From Candidatus Babelota bacterium (GTDB lineage Bacteria; Babelota; Babeliae; Babelales; Vermiphilaceae), in contig JBDHVY010000001.1 of assembly GCA_039809905.1 (NCBI GenBank), forward strand, positions 630,001-662,000: 32,000 nucleotides of DNA, given 5' to 3'. The notes under the pieces were generated by a model. It was not told the DNA's origin. It saw only the letters and a list, made by a program, of their open reading frames with translations, and did not search any database. A program made the translations under genes and the position numbers. Positions 16,062 to 24,418 of this stretch are shown here, one piece after another (the first letter of the stretch is position 1; each line of letters starts with the position of its first letter).

Positions 16062-17186
16062 TTAGTTGGGGAAATTTTTGGTAGTTGCGCCATTCTCTAT
16101 CAACAATTGCATCAGTTGTTCATTTCCTTGTTGGGCTGCAATTAGTAGACTTTGGTCTAGTTCAGATTGGCTTGCTTTGCCGCTTTCTAGAATAGCATCG
16201 ATTGCTTCTTGATATTGTAATTTTACAGCAGTCTCCAGATGAGTAGTTCCTGGATTGTAGAAAAGAAGCAGACGAATCATTTCGATGTTTTTTCGTTTTA
16301 TTGATAATACGAGGGGTCTATTGTCTTCTTTTAGTATATCTTGGCGGGCTCCTTTTTTCATGAGAAGTATTGCAAGAGCTTTATCGCGGGAACGAACTGC
16401 ATTAGAGAAACTTTGATCCAATTCAGATTGACTTGCTTTGCCGCTTTGTAGAATAGCACTGATTGCTTCCTTAAATTGGAGATTCACTGCAGTTTCAAGA
16501 TATGTGGGACCTGAATTATAGGCAAGAAGGATATTAACCATTTTGATGTCTTTGCCTTTTATTGCTAATAATAAAGGCCTTCTGTCTTGTTTGATTGTAT
16601 CTAATTGAGCACCGTTTTTAAGTAAAAAATTTATTTTTTCATATGCTTCAGCTTTTTTAGTAAGCAATGCTGATAAAAGTATAGGACGATACTTTTCTCT
16701 GCGAGAATAAAAATTAACATCCGCCCCATGTTCTATAAGATCAGCAATAGTGCTTATAGATAATGTGTGAATGTTTTTGTGAAGATAGATAGAAGTCGAA
16801 ACATATCTTTTGAGAAAAGGAAGATTCATTGAATCTAATACGATTGATCTATACAAAATATCTTCTGTCACCGGTAGCCATTCATTTAAAAAAGCAACCG
16901 TGTTTTTGGGCAATGTTATTGCACGATGCCAATCTTTATTGAGAGATATCATCGCTCCGATAGCTTTTTCTTTTTTTTTTATTGGTTCATTGCCAATTTT
17001 CAACCAATTAATAAATTGATCTTTTAATATATCATTGGGAAGAAAAGGTTGTTGATCAATGTTGACTAAAATTCGGTGTTTTTTTGTGTGCGTATTGATA
17101 TTAAGATCGCGCAAACGCTTCATAGATTTAATATTACTGGAGATTGTTATAGATATAAAGGCTATAAATAAAGTTATTTTATTCAT
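16062..17186 (-). CDS. Ankyrin-repeat protein with N-terminal signal-like segment and F-box-like motif
   Basis: ANK-type repeats (LIEHGADVN; RPILLSALL...INFLLKNGAQLD; QSLLIAAQQGNEQLMQLLIENGA). F-box-like LPNDILKDQFINWL...AIGAMISLNKDWHRAI. Hydrophobic N-terminus MNKITLFIAFISITISS. Confidence 0.85.
   Translation of the reverse strand: MNKITLFIAFISITISSNIKSMKRLRDLNINTHTKKHRILVNIDQQPFLPNDILKDQFINWLKIGNEPIKKKEKAIGAMISLNKDWHRAITLPKNTVAFLNEWLPVTEDILYRSIVLDSMNLPFLKRYVSTSIYLHKNIHTLSISTIADLIEHGADVNFYSRREKYRPILLSALLTKKAEAYEKINFLLKNGAQLDTIKQDRRPLLLAIKGKDIKMVNILLAYNSGPTYLETAVNLQFKEAISAILQSGKASQSELDQSFSNAVRSRDKALAILLMKKGARQDILKEDNRPLVLSIKRKNIEMIRLLLFYNPGTTHLETAVKLQYQEAIDAILESGKASQSELDQSLLIAAQQGNEQLMQLLIENGATTKNFPN
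16095..16619 (-). repeat. Intragenic tandem duplication, about 261 nt (87 aa) x 2, within the ankyrin gene
   Basis: aa 203-260 (RPLLLAIKGKDIKMVNILLAYNSGPTYLETAVNLQFKEAISAILQSGKASQSELDQS) versus aa 290-347 (RPLVLSIKRKNIEMIRLLLFYNPGTTHLETAVKLQYQEAIDAILESGKASQSELDQS). At DNA level, ctttggtctagttcagattggcttgctttgccgctttctagaatagca at 16150 matches ctttgatccaattcagattgacttgctttgccgctttgtagaatagca at 16411. Confidence 0.85.
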
Positions 17187-17215
17187 GAAATTTATTTCAT
17201 TTAGATTGTTTATAC

Positions 17216-17247
17216 AAAAAAACTCCGTAGCCTACAAGCTACGGAGT
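17216..17247 (-). terminator. Intrinsic terminator after gatB
   Basis: ACTCCGTAGC (17222-17231) / GCTACGGAGT (17238-17247), a perfect 10-bp stem with a 6-nt loop. On the minus strand it is followed by a U7 tract (plus-strand A-run 17216-17222). Confidence 0.75.
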
Positions 17248-17259
17248 AGAGTATTACTT

Positions 17260-18726
17260 TTATGAGTTTAAATATTTTTTGATAAGATCATTAATGACTT
17301 GAGTATTTCCTTTTCCTTTGGTTTTTTGCATCATCTGACCCACAAAAAAACCAAATAATTTTTCTTTGCCAGAGCGATATTCGGCAACTTGCTTAGGATT
17401 TGCTTGTATAATTTCTTGCACCATTGCATCTAGTTCGTCAACTGATCCAATTTGTTTTAATCCTTTTTCTTCGATAATAACTATTGGATCTTGATTGCTA
17501 GAAGCAATGAGTAGTAGCACTTCTTTTGCAGTTGGGGTATTGATAACTCCTTGATCGACAAGATCAACTAATTGTGCCAAGCGTTCTGGAGAGATAGGGC
17601 ATTGTGCCAGTTCAATTTTCTCTTCTTTAAGATATCCAACTAAATCACGCAGAATCCAATTAATAAGATTTGCGCTTGTTGTGTGTTTGCGTGCTGCATC
17701 AAAATAATGTGCAAGCTCATTATCTTCAATTAAAATGTCTGCTTCATAATCCATTAACCCTAGTTGGGTGGTAAATCGTTCAAACTTAGCTAATGGAAGT
17801 TCAGGCATAGATTTTTTTGCTTGCTCAAGACGTTCTTGCGTAATATGGATGATTGGTAAATCTGGTTCTTGAAAAAAGCGATAATCTGCTGTTTCCTCTT
17901 TAGATCGCATCATGATAGTAGTGCGTTCTTTGGAATCCCATAAGCGAGTTTCTGATCGTACTTTGCCGCCAGCTTCCAAAATAGAAATTTGGCGTTCTAG
18001 TTCATGTTCAGTAGCATCAACAATAAATTTAAACGAATTAATATTTTTAAGTTCACATTTAGTTCCAAGTTCTTTTTGGCCTTTTTTACGAACGGAAATA
18101 TTGGTATCAGCTCGGAATGAACCTTCTTCCATGTTACCTGTGCAAATGCCTAAATATTGCACAATAGAGCGCAAGGCTTTGAGATATTTACGAACTTCAT
18201 CAGAAGTAGAAATATCAGGATGACTTACAATTTCAAGAAGCGGTGTTCCTGCTCGGTTCAAATCAACAAAACTTTCATTGCTATGATTTGAATGAATATT
18301 TTTACCTGCATCTTCTTCGATATGGATGCGAATTAAATTAATATTTTTTGTGCTTCCATCATCAAGCCTGATAGTTATGTATCCATTTGTACAAATTGGC
18401 TCTGCTTGCTGAGTAATCTGAAAATTTTTTGGTAAATCAGGATAAAAATAATGTTTGCGATCAAAAGTTGATTTTTCATTGATGGTTGAATTGGTTCCCA
18501 ATCCTGCCAAAATTGCATAATCAACTACTTTCTCATTGAGCATTGGCATTGCACCAGGATATCCTGCACAAATAGGACATATATTTGAATTAGGATCTTG
18601 TGCTACGGTGTTGGGACAAGAACAAAAAATTTTGGTTTTGGTGGTAAGTTGTACGTGAACTTCCATACCAATTGTTGCTTCGTAATCAGGGTATTTATCA
18701 AGTATAGAGCTGATGTGTTCTGCCAT
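17260..18726 (-). CDS. gatB: Asp-tRNA(Asn)/Glu-tRNA(Gln) amidotransferase subunit B
   Basis: N-terminal YEATIGMEVHVQLTTKTKIFCSC, plus CPICAGYPGAMP and the C-terminal GatB/YqeY region (GKEKLFGFFVGQMMQKTKGKGN). Confidence 0.95.
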   Translation of the reverse strand: MAEHISSILDKYPDYEATIGMEVHVQLTTKTKIFCSCPNTVAQDPNSNICPICAGYPGAMPMLNEKVVDYAILAGLGTNSTINEKSTFDRKHYFYPDLPKNFQITQQAEPICTNGYITIRLDDGSTKNINLIRIHIEEDAGKNIHSNHSNESFVDLNRAGTPLLEIVSHPDISTSDEVRKYLKALRSIVQYLGICTGNMEEGSFRADTNISVRKKGQKELGTKCELKNINSFKFIVDATEHELERQISILEAGGKVRSETRLWDSKERTTIMMRSKEETADYRFFQEPDLPIIHITQERLEQAKKSMPELPLAKFERFTTQLGLMDYEADILIEDNELAHYFDAARKHTTSANLINWILRDLVGYLKEEKIELAQCPISPERLAQLVDLVDQGVINTPTAKEVLLLIASSNQDPIVIIEEKGLKQIGSVDELDAMVQEIIQANPKQVAEYRSGKEKLFGFFVGQMMQKTKGKGNTQVINDLIKKYLNS

Positions 18727-18759
18727 AAGGAGGTTCCCAAATATATTTTTATGATCAGT

Positions 18760-20268
18760 TTACTGTTTTTTTTCGATTTTGTATTTATCAATAGCAAGAT
18801 CTTTATTACTCAATAGAGTAATTTTTAATTTAAAAGTGTTTTCTAGTTTTAAGATGGCATTGTATTCAATCGAAGTTATATAATTAAATACATGAGGATG
18901 CACTTGAACCTCAATTCTGCTGCTGGTTATAGTTTTTAACTCATTGCCAATTGAGCGCAATATAGTATAACTTTCTGTTTGATCTGATTTAATAAACCCT
19001 GATCCGTGGCAGGTTGGGCAATCATTGGTTAGTTGTTGAATCAGTGTTTTTCCTGAGCGCTTGCGGGTCATTTGCACAAGACCAAATTCTGATATTTTAA
19101 GAACAACTGATTGGAATTTGTCCCGTTCTTTTAATATTTTTTCAAAAAAACTAAATACTTTTTTGCGATTGGCTTCAATTGCCATATCAATAAAATCAAT
19201 AACAATAAGTCCGCCAATATTACGTAATCTCAACTGTTGAACCACTTCTTCAGCTGCTTCAAGATTAGTTTTTAGAATGGTATCTTCAAGATTGCTTTTA
19301 CCAATAAAACGTCCTGTATTGACGTCAACCACGGTCATTGCTTCTGTTGATTCAATAATAATTGAGCCGCCAGATTTCAGAGAAACTTTTTTCTTGAGAG
19401 CTTGTTCAATTTGTTTTTCAATGCCATATGCCGAAAAAATGTTTACCGTGTCATCATATGCCTGAATAACATGGGCAAATTCTGGGGCGATTTGTTTGGC
19501 AAAGCTATAAAGCTCATATTGGCTTTCTTTTGAATCAGTGATGATTGCTTCGACATCGCTATCTAAGTGGTCGCGTACAATTTGCAGCACCAATGGTAAA
19601 TCTTGATGAATTTTTTCAGAAGGTTTTGCGGCTGCAAACTTCTTTTCTATGCCATGCCATTCGGTTACTAAATACTGCAGATCTTTCAAAAGATCTTTTT
19701 CCAAGCGGTTTTCAGATGTTGTCCTGATAATAGCACCCATGCCTTCTGGCAAATGGTCTTTGATGATTGTTTTGAGCCGTGCTCGTTCTTCACGATCTTC
19801 GATTTTTTTAGACACTCCAATGCGTGGAATATTAGGCATCAGAACAATAAATCTGCCAGGCAGGGTAAAGCATGTTGTCAGTTTTGCGCCTTTTTCATAA
19901 ATAGGCTCTTTGCTGACCTGGACTAAAATAGGTTCATTTTCCTTGAGAATTTTGCTGATATCTCTCTTTTGGGTGACTTTTTTTTCTATTTTTGGTTCAT
20001 CTTCATCGTCTTCAAGCTGTTGGCTGATCTTTTGCATAGCCAATTCTCTATCGATTTCTGAAATATGTAAAAAGCCAGCTTTTTCTTGGCCAAACTCAAT
20101 AAAGGCTGTTTGAATGCCAGGCAAGACCTTAGTTACCGTTCCTTTGAAATAGGCACGCTCAAGGACTTCATGTGTGGGCGCAGAGAAATAGATGTTTTGT
20201 AATTTGCCGTTTGTAATGATTGCTATCCGTATTTCCCACGGATTATCATTTATAATAATTTTTTTCAT
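18760..20268 (-). CDS. rng: Ribonuclease G (Rne/Rng family)
   Basis: S1-like N-terminus (YFKGTVTKVLPGIQTAFIEFG), catalytic-core motifs VDVNTGRF and GGLIVIDFIDM, and Zn-link CPTCHGSG. The about 500-aa size fits RNase G rather than RNase E. Confidence 0.9.
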   Translation of the reverse strand: MKKIIINDNPWEIRIAIITNGKLQNIYFSAPTHEVLERAYFKGTVTKVLPGIQTAFIEFGQEKAGFLHISEIDRELAMQKISQQLEDDEDEPKIEKKVTQKRDISKILKENEPILVQVSKEPIYEKGAKLTTCFTLPGRFIVLMPNIPRIGVSKKIEDREERARLKTIIKDHLPEGMGAIIRTTSENRLEKDLLKDLQYLVTEWHGIEKKFAAAKPSEKIHQDLPLVLQIVRDHLDSDVEAIITDSKESQYELYSFAKQIAPEFAHVIQAYDDTVNIFSAYGIEKQIEQALKKKVSLKSGGSIIIESTEAMTVVDVNTGRFIGKSNLEDTILKTNLEAAEEVVQQLRLRNIGGLIVIDFIDMAIEANRKKVFSFFEKILKERDKFQSVVLKISEFGLVQMTRKRSGKTLIQQLTNDCPTCHGSGFIKSDQTESYTILRSIGNELKTITSSRIEVQVHPHVFNYITSIEYNAILKLENTFKLKITLLSNKDLAIDKYKIEKKQ

Positions 20269-20414
20269 AGTTAAATTAAGTAGAGGTTATAATGCTTTAT
20301 ATTTAATATAGATTAATTGTGCAATATTGGGTAGAAAAATGGTCAAAAATGTGTTAGATTCTGTTCAACATTGGGTAAATTGAAGTCAAATATATATTTT
20401 TAAGGATGGTTCTA

Positions 20415-21155
20415 ATGAAAAAAGCGTCTCTTTTGGTCTTAGCTCTTGTTGCACTATTGCCCGGCTGTTGCTGCCGTAAAAACCAAGAATCAGTAAATAA
20501 ACCAGTTCGTAGAAATAACGTTGAAAAATACATGCAAACGGATGTGGCCGTAGAAGAAGAAAATGTAGATGGAGACGAAGATGGTTCTCTTGATGAAGTA
20601 GACTTTAATATCGATCTTAGCGATGAAGATTATGAAGAGCTTTTAAAGGCGCTTAAAGATAATGTGGATGAAGATGTGGATGGCGATGGTCTAGGCTATA
20701 TAGCTGAAGAAGATTCTGATGAAGAAGATGCCGATGAAGAAGATTCCGAAGAGATGGCATTTAATTGGATAGATTCACAAACAGATGATGAGTTTAAAAA
20801 ACTATACTTCTCATTCAACCACTATGGTATTAGAGCTGACCAAAAAACAGCACTCGCATACGATATTGAGCAAGTTAAACAATTAGTTGCTGAAGCTGGT
20901 AATGTACAGCCAACTATTGTGATTGAAGGACATGCGTGTCAAGAAGGTACTCCTTCCTACAACTTAGCATTATCAGAAAAACGTGCGAAAAATGTAGCGG
21001 ATCTTTTTGTAGCAGCTGGTGTTGATCAACGCTTGATTAAAGTTGTTGGTCGTGGCCAAGAATGCCCAACTGTTATGAATGGTAAAGTGGTTAATGGATC
21101 TCGTGAAGATCGTGCGCCAAATCGCCGTGTTGAAGTTCGTGTAATTTATACATAA
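20415..21155 (+). CDS. OmpA/Pal-like peptidoglycan-associated lipoprotein with a long acidic linker
   Basis: MKKASLLVLALVALLPGC lipobox-like signal. AAGGA lies 8 nt upstream of ATG 20415 (the track start 20406 is an alternative). C-terminal OmpA_C motifs: IEGHACQEGTPSYNLALSEKRA and NRRVEV. Confidence 0.85.
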   Translation: MKKASLLVLALVALLPGCCCRKNQESVNKPVRRNNVEKYMQTDVAVEEENVDGDEDGSLDEVDFNIDLSDEDYEELLKALKDNVDEDVDGDGLGYIAEEDSDEEDADEEDSEEMAFNWIDSQTDDEFKKLYFSFNHYGIRADQKTALAYDIEQVKQLVAEAGNVQPTIVIEGHACQEGTPSYNLALSEKRAKNVADLFVAAGVDQRLIKVVGRGQECPTVMNGKVVNGSREDRAPNRRVEVRVIYT

Positions 21156-21178
21156 CATTGTTTATACAAGATTTCTGA

Positions 21179-21222
21179 ATAGCGCTCCATGTACTTTGTA
21201 TGTGGAGCGCTATCTGTTTTTT
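21179..21222 (+). terminator. Intrinsic terminator after the OmpA-like gene
   Basis: ATAGCGCTCCA (21179-21189) / TGGAGCGCTAT (21203-21213), an 11-bp perfect stem with a 13-nt loop, followed by CTGTTTTTT. It overlaps the 3' end of the convergent glycosyltransferase gene. Confidence 0.65.
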
Positions 21223-22358
21223 AGTATGTCTTTGACCAATTTCTTTAATTCCTGCGCAAAGTCCTTTTTATCCAATTTTTCAATCTTATTTTTATACGCT
21301 ATCAGTTTATCCTTGTTTTCCAATACACGTGCAATCAGTGGAGCAACCATATTGTGTTCTGTTATGGATGTACCAAAAAGATGCTTTTTTATAAAATGAT
21401 GGTTAAATTCTTCCCAAGAAATAGGGGTTGAGGTAGCATCAAGAAACAATGGAAGATTCATGTATAAGGCTTCGCAGATGCTTAACGTTCCAGATTTTGT
21501 GATCAAAAGATCAGATAATTGCATATAGTCGGCAATATTTTTGGTAAAGCCGATTATAAATAGATCTATGTGGTTTGGAACAAAAAGCTGGGCAAGGTCT
21601 TTTTTGCTTTTTTCATTTTTTCCAACGCAAACAATAAGATTAAATGATTGTTGTAGAGTAGTTAGTTGTGCTGTGTATTGCTTTATGTCGTCAGAACCGA
21701 GCGATCCCATCAGCAGCATAACGGTGGGCTTGTTACCATTAATCCTGTATTTCTGTTGAAGATCGTGTTTGTTTTTTAAAAGAAAGAAATCTCTTCGTAA
21801 TGGTGAACCGAGAATATGGATATGACTATCTGGTATGTGTGCGTTGCGTATTGGCTGCATGATATCAGGATCATTAAATGGCAAACATAAGTAAAACTGT
21901 TCATAGGCTAGATCAGCAATACCTATAATATAAGGAGTTACATCCAAATCAGTTGGCATGAGCACAAATGGAATATTAAGTTCCTGTGCTACATTAAGGA
22001 CCATATTGTTAATGATGGGGATAACTGAAATAATCAAATCTGGTTTTGTTGTAGTAAAGTAATTCCGTAATAATGCCATTATTTTTTCTTTTTGAGATTG
22101 GAGATACCATGTGCCAATGCCATAAATCCATTTCAGCAGCAGAACATGTTTTCCTGGTAATAAAGCATTATACATCTGTTCGCTTGAGTAGTTTTCAAAT
22201 GTTAAAAACTTGAAAGGATCAATAGAAAAAAGTATTTCGGTAAAAGCGTGACAGAGCTGAACATCATAATCAGCATGTAAATAGTCTTTCATAGCTTCAC
22301 TTGCAGCAGAATGTCCACCGCCACCAAAACTTGTTAAAATAATAATTTTCTTTTTCAT
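21210..22358 (-). CDS. MGDG-synthase / UgtP-like diacylglycerol glycosyltransferase (GT28-type)
   Basis: N-terminal KKIIILTSFGGGGHSAASEAMKDYL (MGDG_synth-type). C-terminal GT-B region TKSGTLSICEALYMNLPLFL. The start overlaps the upstream ORF stop (ATGA). Confidence 0.8.
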   Translation of the reverse strand: MKKKIIILTSFGGGGHSAASEAMKDYLHADYDVQLCHAFTEILFSIDPFKFLTFENYSSEQMYNALLPGKHVLLLKWIYGIGTWYLQSQKEKIMALLRNYFTTTKPDLIISVIPIINNMVLNVAQELNIPFVLMPTDLDVTPYIIGIADLAYEQFYLCLPFNDPDIMQPIRNAHIPDSHIHILGSPLRRDFFLLKNKHDLQQKYRINGNKPTVMLLMGSLGSDDIKQYTAQLTTLQQSFNLIVCVGKNEKSKKDLAQLFVPNHIDLFIIGFTKNIADYMQLSDLLITKSGTLSICEALYMNLPLFLDATSTPISWEEFNHHFIKKHLFGTSITEHNMVAPLIARVLENKDKLIAYKNKIEKLDKKDFAQELKKLVKDILKNR

Positions 22359-23110
22359 GGGTAATTTTTTAATATTGGTTTACAGGTGTTTATTTCCGCT
22401 TGATCATATAATCTTATTTTCTTATGTAATCGTTTATAAGGTTTATTAAGGAAAAAGAATCGTAATTTTTTTACAAAACAGGATCGCAGTTTTATATATT
22501 TTTTGGTTAGAACGCCCATTTTGGGATGAACCACACATGCTTTGACAGCGATATTTTTGACGTCCTTATTCTGTGCAATTGCTCTTTTGACAATATTCCA
22601 CTTTACAATGGCAATACGATCTTTTTCTTTATAAGAAGCTTGTGAAACTTGTTTTAAGGCATTATTAAAATTATATAATAAGTCATCTTTGTAACGATCA
22701 AATCTGACAATATAGGTAGCACTTTTTTTATTTTCATGTCTGGAATAACAAATAATATAGATAGTGTTATGTGCGCTATTGATGTCTATATATTTTTGTA
22801 CTTGTTCAATAGTAAGCCCGGTAGTTATGGGTAAAATTCCTTCTTCAAAAAATTCTCGTGCAGCGGTTATAAGAGGATGAGTTTCATTTTTTTCTTTGCC
22901 TCCTCCAAAGTCATCATATGTTCCACGAGAATTTCCTTCTGCTTCTCGAGCCAAAATAAGGTATTTTGTATTGTTATAGGTAAATACCGGAAGCACTGAT
23001 GCACTGGTAAAATTAAAGTCTGTTAAATATTCTTTTGCGTGAGTAATGCTCGATGCAAAGTATGATAGCAAAAAACCTAAGAGCATTGCTCGACAATTGA
23101 TTTTTAGCAT
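22355..23110 (-). CDS. Exported Nudix-like protein (degenerate Nudix box)
   Basis: Signal-like MLLGFLLSYFASSITHA. The stretch YLILAREAEGNSRGTYDDFGGGKEKNETHPLITAAREFFEEGIL resembles G-x5-E-x7-REUxEExGU but with altered spacing. Paralogue of 23132-24322. Confidence 0.5.
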   Translation of the reverse strand: MLKINCRAMLLGFLLSYFASSITHAKEYLTDFNFTSASVLPVFTYNNTKYLILAREAEGNSRGTYDDFGGGKEKNETHPLITAAREFFEEGILPITTGLTIEQVQKYIDINSAHNTIYIICYSRHENKKSATYIVRFDRYKDDLLYNFNNALKQVSQASYKEKDRIAIVKWNIVKRAIAQNKDVKNIAVKACVVHPKMGVLTKKYIKLRSCFVKKLRFFFLNKPYKRLHKKIRLYDQAEINTCKPILKNYP

Positions 23111-23131
23111 AATTTTGCCTATGTTTTTATG

Positions 23132-24322
23132 TTATTTGCTATCTACCCAATCCCAAAATCTATCCCACCATGATGGTCTTTGCGGAGCCAATTTGCGTTG
23201 CGGTAATCTTGGCTGTTGAACAGCAGCTCTTTGTGGAATTTTTGCCGCAGGTGTTGCTTTGACTGCTGGCGCAACAGCTGCTGGTTTAACAACCACTGGA
23301 GCTTGAGCTGGTGATGGAGTTATTCGTTGTGGTGCTGGCATTGGTGCCGGTGTAATTACTGGTTTTCTGGTGAATTGATCGTAACGTCTTATTTTGTTAT
23401 TTACATCTTCCTGATATGGCTTATTCATAAAAAATGGTCGTAGTTTTTTTACTAACCAAGGTCGTAATGTGATTGTTTCTTCAGACCATTGTTGGCCATA
23501 AAGCGTAAGCGGGTTTTTACATAATGATCTACGTGGAGGGCATAGCACAAGTGCTGTTACTGTTCTGCCACTATTTATAGGATCATTGTTGATGAGTGTT
23601 TCAATGGTTTGCCAGTTCACCAGAGCAATGCGATCTTTTTCTCTTGAATGACGATTTTTTGTATTTCTTAAGGCAGTATAGAAATTTTTGAATAATGCAT
23701 CTTTATAAAGGCTAAAATCGGTAATATAGATGATACCGCTAGAAAAAGCTATGACATGGTGCGTATTATTTGATGCTACATCGATAAATTTGATTGTATT
23801 TGATAAAGAAAGACCACAACTGTCTTTTAAAATAGCTTCTTCATAAAATTCACGTGCAGCTGCAAAATAGTATGGTTCAGGCTCATTTTTAAGTGGTCCA
23901 AAATCATAATCTCTGCTTCCCCCAAAATCATCATATGTCCCTTTATCTTTTGATCTGCCTCTTTCACTTTCTCGCGATAAAATCAAGTATTTTATACCAT
24001 TGCTATCAGTAAAAAAAGGAAGAACTGATCCTGCTCCAAAGCGATAGTTGATTATTTCCAATGGTGTTTGGGTTTGTTGGTGTGCTTGCGGAAGTTGTTG
24101 AAGTTGAGGTTGTTGTTGACCTCGCGCAACTTGCTGTTGAGGTGCTTGTTGAGGTCGTTGTTGTGCTTGCGGAGTTTGTCTGGCAGGAACAGGTTGCTGT
24201 TGCAATAGTTGTTGCTGTGCTTGAGCTTTGTTGCGCTGTCCGCCTTTTGCCAGAATAGGATTGTTGGTGATGATATTCAACAAGAACGCTAATGTAAATA
24301 TTACATTTTTAGTTTTTAGCAT
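23132..24322 (-). CDS. Exported Nudix-like protein with Gln/Pro-rich N-terminal and Pro/Ala-rich C-terminal extensions
   Basis: The likely start is ATG 24322, preceded by TAAGGAAT (the track start 24364 is an alternative). Signal-like VIFTLAFLLNIITNNPILA. Core YLILSRESERG...GTYDDFGGSRD...AAAREFYEEAIL. Shares the C-terminal motif LRPWLVKKLRPFFMNKPY...KIRRYDQ with the 22355 ORF. Confidence 0.5.
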   Translation of the reverse strand: MLKTKNVIFTLAFLLNIITNNPILAKGGQRNKAQAQQQLLQQQPVPARQTPQAQQRPQQAPQQQVARGQQQPQLQQLPQAHQQTQTPLEIINYRFGAGSVLPFFTDSNGIKYLILSRESERGRSKDKGTYDDFGGSRDYDFGPLKNEPEPYYFAAAREFYEEAILKDSCGLSLSNTIKFIDVASNNTHHVIAFSSGIIYITDFSLYKDALFKNFYTALRNTKNRHSREKDRIALVNWQTIETLINNDPINSGRTVTALVLCPPRRSLCKNPLTLYGQQWSEETITLRPWLVKKLRPFFMNKPYQEDVNNKIRRYDQFTRKPVITPAPMPAPQRITPSPAQAPVVVKPAAVAPAVKATPAAKIPQRAAVQQPRLPQRKLAPQRPSWWDRFWDWVDSK

Positions 24323-24418
24323 GATACTATTCCTTATTTTGATTTTAAAAAACTCAGATAGCATTATTATCTAAAATATAAGCAGAAAATAGCAATAGTT
24401 TATACAAGAGTTATTTTT

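Noticed and set aside
16971-16980. T10 (coding-strand A10) homopolymer inside the F-box/ANK gene as a phase-variation switch
   Set aside because: Runs of 8-9 A/T are frequent throughout this AT-rich window (for example 1683-1690, 3543-3550, 29113-29121). One 10-mer encoding KKK is therefore not clearly out of distribution, and no evidence of length variation is available.
21179-21280. DnaA-box-like TTATCCAAT near 21266-21274 and the mnmE/jag context as a hint of oriC
   Set aside because: It is a single imperfect box inside a coding region. There is no cluster of boxes and no AT-rich unwinding element in an intergenic spacer, and dnaA, dnaN, rpmH and rnpA are not present in the window.
24061-24258. 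65-aa plus-strand ORF rich in Val/Glu (VVEVEVVVD...)
   Set aside because: It is the antisense reading of the CAA/CAG/CCN Gln/Pro-rich tract of the Nudix-like gene, so it is a compositional artefact.
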